DNA of 58,767 nt. It comes from Candidatus Roizmanbacteria bacterium RIFOXYC1_FULL_41_16 (lineage in GTDB: Bacteria; Patescibacteriota; Microgenomatia; UBA1406). Under the pieces are notes generated by a model. It was given only the letters and a program-made list of their open reading frames with translations, searched no databases and was not told the DNA's origin. The stretch lies in contig MGBO01000021.1 in NCBI GenBank assembly GCA_001788295.1, positions 212,865-271,631 of the forward strand. The letters run 5' to 3'. Shown piece after piece: positions 8,388 through 16,647 of the stretch. Both the position numbers and the translations under genes were made by a program. Positions within the stretch are counted from its first letter, which is position 1. Each line of letters starts with the position of its first letter.

Positions 8388-9602
8388 ATGCCTATTTTAA
8401 GAATTCTGATCGACGGCCGCACCATTAAAAACAATCCTAGCGGTTTGGGGATTTGGAATTTGCAATTAGTTCGCCATTTGGTAAAGTACGAAAACATCCA
8501 GCTTTTTTTGATTCTGACCAAAAACTGTGATTACGACTTTAGCAACGATGGATTACTAAGTCCATTTTTAAAAGAAAAATTAATTCTGATTAACTCCAAT
8601 CATGATTATAAATTTGTCTCTTTAGATCGCTTTGTTTTCGAACAATTTCAGTTACCCAAAATTATTCAACGACTGAAAATTGATCTTTACCATGCCACGG
8701 ATTCGTTCGGAATCCCAATAAATTTACCAAAAAAAATTAAGGTTATGCTCACTATTCACGATCTGATTCCCCTAACCCCATATCGGGAGTATTTAAATTG
8801 GCAACAGTTTCTTATATATAGAGTCTCTTTGTTTTTATCAATCAAGCGGGCCAACCTAATTACTGCTATCTCGGACAAAACAAAAACCGATATCAAACAT
8901 TATCTGCAACCCAAAACCAATGTAGTTGCAGTTTACGACGGCGTAGACGAACCTACTCTCTATTCCGAAAAAATAATTGACAAAGCTTTTGTGCAACTCA
9001 ATCAACAATATTTGCTCAAAAAACAACAGTATCTCCTCTATTATGGCGGATTTGGACCAAGAAGAAATACCGAAACTTTAATTAAAGTTCTTCGACAACT
9101 AATCGATCAACAAATTGTATCGCCGGATTTTAAACTGGTCTTGTCGGGCAGGATCAAAAACGCCAAAACCCAAGCACTTTTGATCCTTAATGGTTTAAAA
9201 AACCTGATTAAGAATCTCAAGTTACAAGACAATGTGGTGATCATTGATTACCTTATGCCCGAATCCAAGGCAGCTTTGATTAAAAATTCGTCCTTGTTTG
9301 TTACATTAACTTTGTATGAAGGATTTGGCCTTACGCCTATGGAAGTCATTAAGTACAATAAATACGCCCTCACCACCAGAACCGGTATTTGGCATCAGTT
9401 TCCCAGTTTGAATAATATTTTCATAATTGAGGATCCTTTTTCTATTCCTGAAATTTCTCACAAAGTCAGCCTGATTATTCAAAACTCGAGCAATCTGAAA
9501 GCCGATTATCAAAAAATGGTAAACTTTACCAAGGTATTTCAATGGTCGTCAATGGCCAAAAATTACTTTAAATTGTATGGAAAAATTATCAAAACAATCT
9601 AA
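8388..9602 (+). CDS. glycosyltransferase family 4
   Basis: N-terminal MPILRILIDGRTIKNNPSGLGIW, typical of GT4 enzymes, and a C-terminal YEGFGLTPMEV motif. The start was placed at the ATG at 8388 rather than the track's 8352. Confidence 0.75.
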   Translation: MPILRILIDGRTIKNNPSGLGIWNLQLVRHLVKYENIQLFLILTKNCDYDFSNDGLLSPFLKEKLILINSNHDYKFVSLDRFVFEQFQLPKIIQRLKIDLYHATDSFGIPINLPKKIKVMLTIHDLIPLTPYREYLNWQQFLIYRVSLFLSIKRANLITAISDKTKTDIKHYLQPKTNVVAVYDGVDEPTLYSEKIIDKAFVQLNQQYLLKKQQYLLYYGGFGPRRNTETLIKVLRQLIDQQIVSPDFKLVLSGRIKNAKTQALLILNGLKNLIKNLKLQDNVVIIDYLMPESKAALIKNSSLFVTLTLYEGFGLTPMEVIKYNKYALTTRTGIWHQFPSLNNIFIIEDPFSIPEISHKVSLIIQNSSNLKADYQKMVNFTKVFQWSSMAKNYFKLYGKIIKTI

Positions 9603-10383
9603 GGTTTCGTTTTATACTTTTGCTAACAAAACAGATCAACCGCTCTTAAGGGCCATTAAAAATGTTTATAATTCTGTTGACAAATTAGTTGTGGTTCTTA
9701 ATCACAAAAGCCTTGAATATAAGCAGATTAAGGCCTTAGACAAAGAAAATAAAATTGAGATCTATAACCATCGCTTTCGTAATTATTCCCAAATGCGCAA
9801 CTTTGCTCTATCTAAGATTGAAAGCGGCTGGGTTTTGATCTTGGACTCGGATGAGACTTTTTCCGAAACTTTTTTAAAAAAAATCCCTCATCTAGTCAGT
9901 AGTAACGAATATTCAGGATACAAAGTACCAAGAATTCACTTTTACAACACCAAGTATCAAACTTTTGATCCCTTTTTACACCTAAGGTTGTATAAAAAGA
10001 CGCCAGCAATTAAATATGTCGGTCAGGTTCACGAAATGCTGATGAACGTAAAAAAGGTTAAAAAGATTGTTGATCCCAAAATGGCGATTAATCATTACAA
10101 TAGCCTTTCCGTGATGATTAAAAATAATAAAAAATACCATCAAATGCTTTTGGAATACCGGAAAATTGCCAATCAATATAAAGATGAAAATTTAATTAAA
10201 TTATCTGATTTTCTAATCTGGTGTAACCAAAATATTGATAATCCGCTTTTTTTTGTTCATAAGAAAGGGTTGAAAAAAGTCCAGGAAGAGTATCAAATTC
10301 GTTTAAAGCAGATTTTAAGAGGCAGAAAGCATTACCATCGAGATATTATTAAACTTAACCAGCTTTTATCAAACAATGGTTAA
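9577..10383 (+). CDS. glycosyltransferase family 2-like
   Basis: The motifs RNFALSKIESGWVLILDSDETFS (DxD-type) and the overall size fit a small GT2 enzyme. Confidence 0.5.
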   Translation: MEKLSKQSKVSFYTFANKTDQPLLRAIKNVYNSVDKLVVVLNHKSLEYKQIKALDKENKIEIYNHRFRNYSQMRNFALSKIESGWVLILDSDETFSETFLKKIPHLVSSNEYSGYKVPRIHFYNTKYQTFDPFLHLRLYKKTPAIKYVGQVHEMLMNVKKVKKIVDPKMAINHYNSLSVMIKNNKKYHQMLLEYRKIANQYKDENLIKLSDFLIWCNQNIDNPLFFVHKKGLKKVQEEYQIRLKQILRGRKHYHRDIIKLNQLLSNNG

Positions 10384-11296
10384 GAATAAGATTGCTCAAA
10401 TACTGAAGGCTAATAATTTCGTACCGATAAGATACCTTCAAGGAGAAGCTGAATATAATTATCTAGGGTTGCCCGGTTATTCAAACCGTTTATTCAATAA
10501 AAAAGAGTCCGTACTGATTGAGGGCAGGTACTTAAACAAACCGGCTGTGCTTAAAATGATTGTTGCCTACAATAACAACGCCCTGCTTTTTAAACGCGAA
10601 CTCTATGCTTATCGGATATTGGCCAAGAAACAATTTTTAATTCGGAAACTTATTCCCAAATACTACTTTCATTCTTTCGATCCTTGTCCCTATGTTATTA
10701 TTGAAAAAGCGAACGGTGAGAAATTTGGTGATTGGTACCAAGTTCAAGATAATGCTTTTGAATTGATCAAACAGTGCCTATCAAGACTAAAAACACTTCA
10801 CCAATCCATTTCCTTACCTAAATACATTGCTTATCCAATTATTAATCGAGAACCGAATATTTTATTTATGAAACTGATTAAACAGCTGGCAATAACCGAT
10901 TATCAAAACAAATTACGGTTGACTGATTATCTTCGGACAAAATTACCCCAGGCGCAAAGCGAGTGGAAAAAAGCGCGTAAGGGATTTAGTTATGGTGATT
11001 TTAGCTTGTCTAATGTGATTGTTAATAAAGGCTCAATTAAGTTCATCGATTGGGAGAATATTGGCAACGCAGTTTTGGGACATGATCATTCGCTTTTGAT
11101 TTTTGCCGCTATCGGTTCTAAGATTGAGAAATCAATTGTTAATTTATGCCAAAATATCGCCAAAGACAATAAGCAACTTGAATTATTGAATTTTTTAGTT
11201 CTCTATCAGGTAGTTAAGAATATTTCTAAATTTAGTCACAAAGACAAAAATAAGTTCCTCAATCTGTCTGGTTTTATTGACAGACAAATAAATTAA
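10376..11296 (+). CDS. aminoglycoside/choline-kinase-like phosphotransferase (APH fold)
   Basis: The catalytic-loop-like motif YGDFSLSNVIVNKGSIKFIDWENIG matches the HGDxxxxN...IDWE pattern of APH/ChoK kinases. Confidence 0.6.
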   Translation: MVKNKIAQILKANNFVPIRYLQGEAEYNYLGLPGYSNRLFNKKESVLIEGRYLNKPAVLKMIVAYNNNALLFKRELYAYRILAKKQFLIRKLIPKYYFHSFDPCPYVIIEKANGEKFGDWYQVQDNAFELIKQCLSRLKTLHQSISLPKYIAYPIINREPNILFMKLIKQLAITDYQNKLRLTDYLRTKLPQAQSEWKKARKGFSYGDFSLSNVIVNKGSIKFIDWENIGNAVLGHDHSLLIFAAIGSKIEKSIVNLCQNIAKDNKQLELLNFLVLYQVVKNISKFSHKDKNKFLNLSGFIDRQIN

Positions 11297-11308
11297 AATG
11301 GACAAAAT

Positions 11309-12442
11309 ATGAAGGTCGCAATTTTGTCTCGAGGAACACTGCCAATTTCCAAAGATTCGATCAAAGGAACTGAAACCTGGGTTTACAATTTTATACGTAA
11401 ATTTCCAAAAAATAATATAAAGTTGGAGCTATTTTCCTCCGGAGATTCAAAAGTCCGAATTCCTATTCACTCCCTGCACAAAAAAGCTTATTTTAACACT
11501 CCATCAATCAAGAATTTTAACTATCGAATTTTTCGTAATGCTTTAATCAGCCAGGCTTTTATTTACAAACCCAAATTCGATCTTTACCACGACAACACTA
11601 ATTGTGGTGATTTGATAATGTCTTGGGCTCAATTTATTAATCGGCCGATTTTAGTTACCATTCATGGCAATCTATTCAGTCCTCATCTATCAATCTTTTT
11701 TTCAATATATAAACACCTTAACAATGTCTATTTTGTGGCTGTTTCCCAATCGCAAAGAAAAGCCATTCCTTCATTAAATTTTATTCGCACTATTTATCAC
11801 GGAATTGATACCAATCGTTTTGTGTTTTCGGTCAGAGGCGGTCAATCTGGCTTCTGGGCCGGTCGAGGAACACCAGAAAAATCACCGGAATTGGTGGTTA
11901 AATTATTCAATAAAATTAAACAACCTCTTTATTTAGCCATAATTAGAGAAAACGACAAAAGTCAATGGCTCAAAAACAAAGTCTTAAAAAAAATAAAATC
12001 AGACCGAATTAAATATCGATTTCGTTTAAAAAAAAGTATGATGATCAAACGCTATGGCAAATCCAAAGTTTTGGTTATGCCTTACCAATGGGAAGAGCCC
12101 TTTGGCCTGGTGATGATCGAGTCAATGGCCTGTGGCACGCCGGTAGTGGCTTATGCTCGCGGATCGGTCCCGGAGATTATCAAAGACGGCCAGACTGGTT
12201 TTATTGTTAATTCCTCCGAAAAAGACAAACGCGGAGATTGGATTGTCAAAAAAACCGGTATCGAGGGTTTACTTGAGGCGGTTGAAAAAATCTATGCCAT
12301 GCCTGAGGCTGAATATTTAGAAATGCGCCGCAATTGCCGCAAGCACATCGAAAAACATTTTACAATTGAGCGAATGATAAACGACTACGTTGAAACCTAT
12401 AAGGAAGTCGTTGCCGACTATAAGCAAAAGAAACAAAATTAA
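11309..12442 (+). CDS. glycosyltransferase family 4
   Basis: Contains EPFGLVMIESMACGTPVVAYARGSVPEIIKDGQTGFIV, the canonical GT4 E-x7-E nucleotide-sugar binding region. Confidence 0.85.
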   Translation: MKVAILSRGTLPISKDSIKGTETWVYNFIRKFPKNNIKLELFSSGDSKVRIPIHSLHKKAYFNTPSIKNFNYRIFRNALISQAFIYKPKFDLYHDNTNCGDLIMSWAQFINRPILVTIHGNLFSPHLSIFFSIYKHLNNVYFVAVSQSQRKAIPSLNFIRTIYHGIDTNRFVFSVRGGQSGFWAGRGTPEKSPELVVKLFNKIKQPLYLAIIRENDKSQWLKNKVLKKIKSDRIKYRFRLKKSMMIKRYGKSKVLVMPYQWEEPFGLVMIESMACGTPVVAYARGSVPEIIKDGQTGFIVNSSEKDKRGDWIVKKTGIEGLLEAVEKIYAMPEAEYLEMRRNCRKHIEKHFTIERMINDYVETYKEVVADYKQKKQN

Positions 12443-12723
12443 GGCAGTAAAGACTGCAAAATAGCCGTGTTGCCGGTAAAAATCAAATACCCCAAACCAC
12501 TACTTACTGTTAACAACAGCATGACGATAATAATTAATATGGTCGAGGGTTTGGCTGATGGCTCTGTTTGAATTTTGGCTTGGGCTTCTGGCTGGGAAGG
12601 TGGCGACACCGGCGCCTGTTCATGAGCTGGTTCGCCTTTATTGGTTGGTTCAACCGGACAATAGTCTTTTTGTGGGACAACTTCCATATTGATAACTTTA
12701 CGGGAAACCCCAAAGAGTGTCAA
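12439..12723 (-). CDS. hypothetical Pro-rich protein with C-terminal TM helix
   Basis: 94-aa ORF with a C-terminal helix (ILIIIVMLLLTVSSGLGYLIF). It has 4-nt overlaps with both neighbouring genes. Confidence 0.35.
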   Translation of the reverse strand: MTLFGVSRKVINMEVVPQKDYCPVEPTNKGEPAHEQAPVSPPSQPEAQAKIQTEPSAKPSTILIIIVMLLLTVSSGLGYLIFTGNTAILQSLLP

Positions 12724-13559
12724 GCCTCAAGTACGATTCCAGCGATTTCGGCAAATCTTTGCACCACTACGGTTTGGAAAAAATCCAAACGTTTGTTTTC
12801 TGCATATTGGTTAAACTCTTGCCATAGCGATCGGCCGGCTAAAAAACCCACAGCGCCATTTCTTATCGCTATTTTCAACTGCTCTCTGAAATTAGCAAAA
12901 GAGTCGCCTTTGGTTAACAAAATCCAAGGGGTTTTTTTTAGAAGTTTGCTGATTTGAAAACAAGCGACCGGATCACCCGGATATTCTAGTTTAAATACGT
13001 CCGGAATAATTCCTGCTTCGAGAAATTGATACACAGAGTCCAGAACTAATTCGGGCTTATGCGAATTATAATTTTCGATTGAATAAGTGACCAGCTCCAA
13101 AAATAAAGGCAGATTAAAACGGCGACAATCTAAAAGCACCTGGCGGGCAATATTTAGCTGATGATCTTTGGTGGGCGCTGAGGGGTGATAATAAAGCAAT
13201 AATTTAATTCCACTGGCGCCTTGATTTTTCAAGTTCTCAACCGAATATTCAAGCTGGGTTTTGCGACTCCCCTGCTCATCTTCATAACCAGTTTTTTCAA
13301 TACACAGAAGATAAGGTTTTTTAATTGCTTTAGACACGGCGACTTTTTCAAACGCCGGCAAACCGCCGATGGAATCGATTAAAATCCCGGAAAACTGATC
13401 ATAAAGGCTGGCAATTATCTCTTTTTTGATATCAATTACCTGCGGCAAAGTAACAGACTCGGGTGAGCTCGGATTAATCAGCTTATTAAAACTGCCCCGA
13501 TGATCCAAAGCCAGCATCAGGATTTTGTTTTTTAGTGTGAAGTCAGAAATACTGGACAT
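12720..13559 (-). CDS. class I aldolase of the LacD (tagatose-1,6-bisphosphate aldolase) family
   Basis: Colinear with LacD. MLALDHRGSF matches ALAFDQRG, EKTGYE matches YEKTGYD, GIKLLLYY matches AVKFLLYY, PLFLELVTY matches PFFLEVLTY, and DVFKLEYP and GFLAGRSLW also align. Confidence 0.7.
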   Translation of the reverse strand: MSSISDFTLKNKILMLALDHRGSFNKLINPSSPESVTLPQVIDIKKEIIASLYDQFSGILIDSIGGLPAFEKVAVSKAIKKPYLLCIEKTGYEDEQGSRKTQLEYSVENLKNQGASGIKLLLYYHPSAPTKDHQLNIARQVLLDCRRFNLPLFLELVTYSIENYNSHKPELVLDSVYQFLEAGIIPDVFKLEYPGDPVACFQISKLLKKTPWILLTKGDSFANFREQLKIAIRNGAVGFLAGRSLWQEFNQYAENKRLDFFQTVVVQRFAEIAGIVLEA

Positions 13560-13585
13560 GATTTAAATATAGCAAATACTTATTT

Positions 13586-14428
13586 TTATAAACTCAAATT
13601 GTGCAAAATTTTTAGATTTTCTCTATCCGGCCCCTCGCCTTTTATCCCTGGCACTTCCATAATAAAAGGAATGTTTTTTAATACAGACTGGCTCAAAATG
13701 TTTTGGAAGCCGGCCCTGCCAATTAAACCCTGGCCGATGTTTTCGTGTCTGTCTCTTTTGCTATTAAACTCAGTCTTGGAATCGTTTGCGTGCATACAAA
13801 CCAAATTTTGAATGCCGATCTGTTGATCAAATTGTTTTAACCAGTTGCCAAAAATGGCTTTATCTGCCACATTGACTCCACTGGCCCATAAATGCTGGGT
13901 GTCCAGACAGACCTTAAGTCGAGTTGAATCAACTTGGTTGAACAATTGCGCCAGTTCATCTAAACTGTTCCCGATCACGTTGCCGGCACCGGCGGCCGAC
14001 TCGATAATTAATAACTGGTCTTTTGGGGTCGTTTCTAAAACTTTCTTAATTGCTTGAGCCACTTGATTCTTAACTTCGTCAAAACTTTGTTCTTTGCTAC
14101 TGCCGACATGAAAAATAGTTCCAGTGCAGTTAATTTTGGCTCCAAAATTTAAATATTCCACTAACGATTTAACCGACAAATTTACTAAATATTCTTTGCT
14201 TGAGGCTAGATTAAGGAGATAAATTCCGTGGAAAAACAGTTGCTTTACGACCCTACTGGCTTTCATGGCCTGATTGAAAGCAGTTATTTGATCGTTAGTG
14301 TAGTTTGTAACAGTAAAGGAACGAGGGGAGCTGGCAAAAGTTTGAATCACTTCAAAACCCTCTTTTTCTCCCCGCCCAATTGCCTTTTCTAAACCTCCAG
14401 CAATCGAAACATGACCGCCGAAAATCAT
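13586..14428 (-). CDS. nfo: endonuclease IV (AP endonuclease)
   Basis: Motifs GGHVSIAGGLEKA, FHGIYLLNL, CLDTQHLWASG and HANDSK...RDRHENIGQG, typical of Nfo. Confidence 0.9.
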   Translation of the reverse strand: MIFGGHVSIAGGLEKAIGRGEKEGFEVIQTFASSPRSFTVTNYTNDQITAFNQAMKASRVVKQLFFHGIYLLNLASSKEYLVNLSVKSLVEYLNFGAKINCTGTIFHVGSSKEQSFDEVKNQVAQAIKKVLETTPKDQLLIIESAAGAGNVIGNSLDELAQLFNQVDSTRLKVCLDTQHLWASGVNVADKAIFGNWLKQFDQQIGIQNLVCMHANDSKTEFNSKRDRHENIGQGLIGRAGFQNILSQSVLKNIPFIMEVPGIKGEGPDRENLKILHNLSL

Positions 14429-14886
14429 ATTTTGATTTTGGGAAATACTGTTTGTTTAAGTAATGTCAATTCCGCCAAAGTAAAAGGCTGCAATACGTAA
14501 TGCTCGCCGCTGACACGCTTTTCGGGATCGCGATTGTCTACCCCAATCCTGATTCGCCAAAACTCTTTGCTACCCAAAGACTGCTCGACACTTTCCACGC
14601 CGTTATGGAGTTTTGGACCTTTGCCCAATTGAATTTTGTACTCACCCAAACGCAAATCCAAATCGTCGTGGATAACGATCAGGTCAGCTGGTTTTAATTT
14701 ATAAAACTGTAGCTCTTTGACAACGGCCAAACCGGAACGGTTCATAAAAGTGTCTGGCTTAAGCGTTTTGATTTGTTTATCAATCAGGTGATTTTCAACC
14801 AAATAATCAATAAAAAGAAAGCCGACATTGTGACGAGTTAAAGCATATTTGACTCCGGGATTGCCCAATCCCACCACTAGCTTCAT
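14425..14886 (-). CDS. pth: peptidyl-tRNA hydrolase
   Basis: N-terminal MKLVVGLGNPGVKYALTRHNVGF, plus HDDLDL and GHNG-like motifs. The start was set at the ATG at 14886 rather than the track's 14946. Confidence 0.9.
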   Translation of the reverse strand: MKLVVGLGNPGVKYALTRHNVGFLFIDYLVENHLIDKQIKTLKPDTFMNRSGLAVVKELQFYKLKPADLIVIHDDLDLRLGEYKIQLGKGPKLHNGVESVEQSLGSKEFWRIRIGVDNRDPEKRVSGEHYVLQPFTLAELTLLKQTVFPKIKI

Positions 14887-14887
14887 T

Positions 14888-15703
14888 TTACGAGTGTTGT
14901 GAATCTGTAAATACCTGTCCAGGCTCCAGGCGGAACAAGGGCTCATTTAAACGCTTTTGATCCAGGTAATGAGCGACTAAACCCACAGAGCGGGAAAGAA
15001 CAAACAGGCTGTTGAAAAATTCGCTTTTAATTAAAGTGCTGATTTGATCAAGATCAAGTTTTTCCTCAATTGTCAGAACATCCAAAAGCACGGCCGCCAT
15101 GGTGCCGTCGATATTAAGGATAAGATTGGGTTTTTTAGCCAAAGTAATCGACTCGATTTTGAGCGCAAAATCCAAATACGAGTGCTTACTTAAAACCAAG
15201 CCTTTTCGCTTAAGCAATTGCACTCTGGGATCTGGCATTTCCAAACGATATTGGCGATGACCAATGCCCGGAAGATAACGTTTGGTTTTGGCAAAGTTTT
15301 CCACAATCTCACCGGGATTAGAACGATTGTTTACTCCCTCGAACCAGAGTTTTGCCGCGTTGTTAACCGCTCCGCCAAACTTTGGTCCGATCGTTAATAA
15401 ACCTGCCGTCAGTGAACTTACCAGATCTTTACCGGCACGGGCAGTAATTATGGTGTTTACCGCTCCGGACTGGTAAGGACCGTGATCCACTAATAATTTG
15501 AGAATCAGATCAATTAAGGCTTCGGTTTTATTTGACTTAATCTCTTGGCCAAGCAGAAGTCCAAAAGTAATCCGGGCAAAACTTTGGCTTTGCGCCAGCT
15601 TTAATAACGGTTTGCCCAAAATTTGCACTTCTCCATTGACTTCTTGAGAAATAGTCGAGGTAAATTGAGTGTGAACTCGGTTGTTTAAATCAGTTTGGCT
15701 CAT
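14888..15703 (-). CDS. ATP-citrate lyase alpha C-terminal part: citrate-synthase-like / citryl-CoA lyase domain protein
   Basis: DHGPYQSGAVNTIITARAGKDLVSSLTAGLLTIGPKFGGAVNNAAKLW closely matches the ACLY/AclA C-terminal domain. GIGHRQYR is the GHRxY motif of the citrate synthase fold. Confidence 0.8.
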   Translation of the reverse strand: MSQTDLNNRVHTQFTSTISQEVNGEVQILGKPLLKLAQSQSFARITFGLLLGQEIKSNKTEALIDLILKLLVDHGPYQSGAVNTIITARAGKDLVSSLTAGLLTIGPKFGGAVNNAAKLWFEGVNNRSNPGEIVENFAKTKRYLPGIGHRQYRLEMPDPRVQLLKRKGLVLSKHSYLDFALKIESITLAKKPNLILNIDGTMAAVLLDVLTIEEKLDLDQISTLIKSEFFNSLFVLSRSVGLVAHYLDQKRLNEPLFRLEPGQVFTDSQHS

Positions 15704-16647
15704 AATTGCTTAGTTAATTTTAACAAATCGCTGAATTTCTCAGTTACCAAAAAACCAGCGGCTTTGAGCGCCTGTCGTTTGGCCGAGGCTTTTTCCAGCT
15801 CGGTTTCGGCTTTGGCTTTGGCGTGTCCAAATTGCGGACTCTGAGCAAATAAATCAGCCACTGTGCCACTGATATGCACCAAAACCGGCTTAGTCAGTTT
15901 GCCTTGCTGTTTCAGTTTAATGAGTTCGTATTCCTCAGTTCCACCCAACTCACCATAATAGATAATGGCAGCAGTTTGCGGGTCGTTTTCTGCCAAAGTA
16001 AAGGCAATGGTAATCTCCGGCTGGGGAAAACGATCACCGCCGGTCGAAAAAGCAAAAGAAAGGTTCTTGCCAGCCTGGCTGACCAGATTAATTAATTCGT
16101 TCGTCATACCGCCAGAGGCAGAAATAATCGCTAACGTCCCCGGCTCAGACAATTTGACATTAATCAACTGCTCTGGCGTAATACCGGCAATCGGACCAAG
16201 TTTTAGCGATCCCGGAACGACCATACCCACACTCGCGGAACCGATTAATAACAGATCGTGTTTTTGAGCCAGATCAGACAAAGCCTGCGCGTGCACCTCA
16301 GGCACGTTTTCGGCAAACAAACTACCACCAACAATATTTTTTACTGACGTGATTAAATCATGACTACTGGTCAGGGTACGCCGGCCGGATAACAGATTAA
16401 GAAACCAAAGATTGCTCTTGGCATCTGGTTGTAATTCTTGCGGTTGAGAAAATAGCGTCAGCAAAATTTCCTGCCGACCCCAAAAATACTTAGCCTTTCC
16501 TCGACCGTTTCCCATAATTCCAATTACGCTTGGTTTTTTTTGGCCGCAAAGATAGTCAAAATCCAAAATTGATTGAATAATGGGCGAATGATTGCCCAAA
16601 ACAATAATTTGGTTGTTAGTATTTCTGATTTGTTTAAGGCTGATCAT
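15700..16647 (-). CDS. aclA: ATP-citrate lyase alpha N-terminal part / succinyl-CoA-synthetase-alpha-like CoA-ligase domain
   Basis: Motifs GSASVGMVVPG and SASGGMTNELINL, plus the phosphohistidine loop SPQFGHAKAKAE (FGHAGA in ACL/SucD). Confidence 0.78.
   Translation of the reverse strand: MISLKQIRNTNNQIIVLGNHSPIIQSILDFDYLCGQKKPSVIGIMGNGRGKAKYFWGRQEILLTLFSQPQELQPDAKSNLWFLNLLSGRRTLTSSHDLITSVKNIVGGSLFAENVPEVHAQALSDLAQKHDLLLIGSASVGMVVPGSLKLGPIAGITPEQLINVKLSEPGTLAIISASGGMTNELINLVSQAGKNLSFAFSTGGDRFPQPEITIAFTLAENDPQTAAIIYYGELGGTEEYELIKLKQQGKLTKPVLVHISGTVADLFAQSPQFGHAKAKAETELEKASAKRQALKAAGFLVTEKFSDLLKLTKQL

Noticed and set aside
12568-12957. The 129-aa plus-strand ORF.
   Set aside because: It is antisense to the small membrane protein and to the 3' end of the LacD-like gene. 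It is Trp/Phe/Arg-rich shadow sequence.
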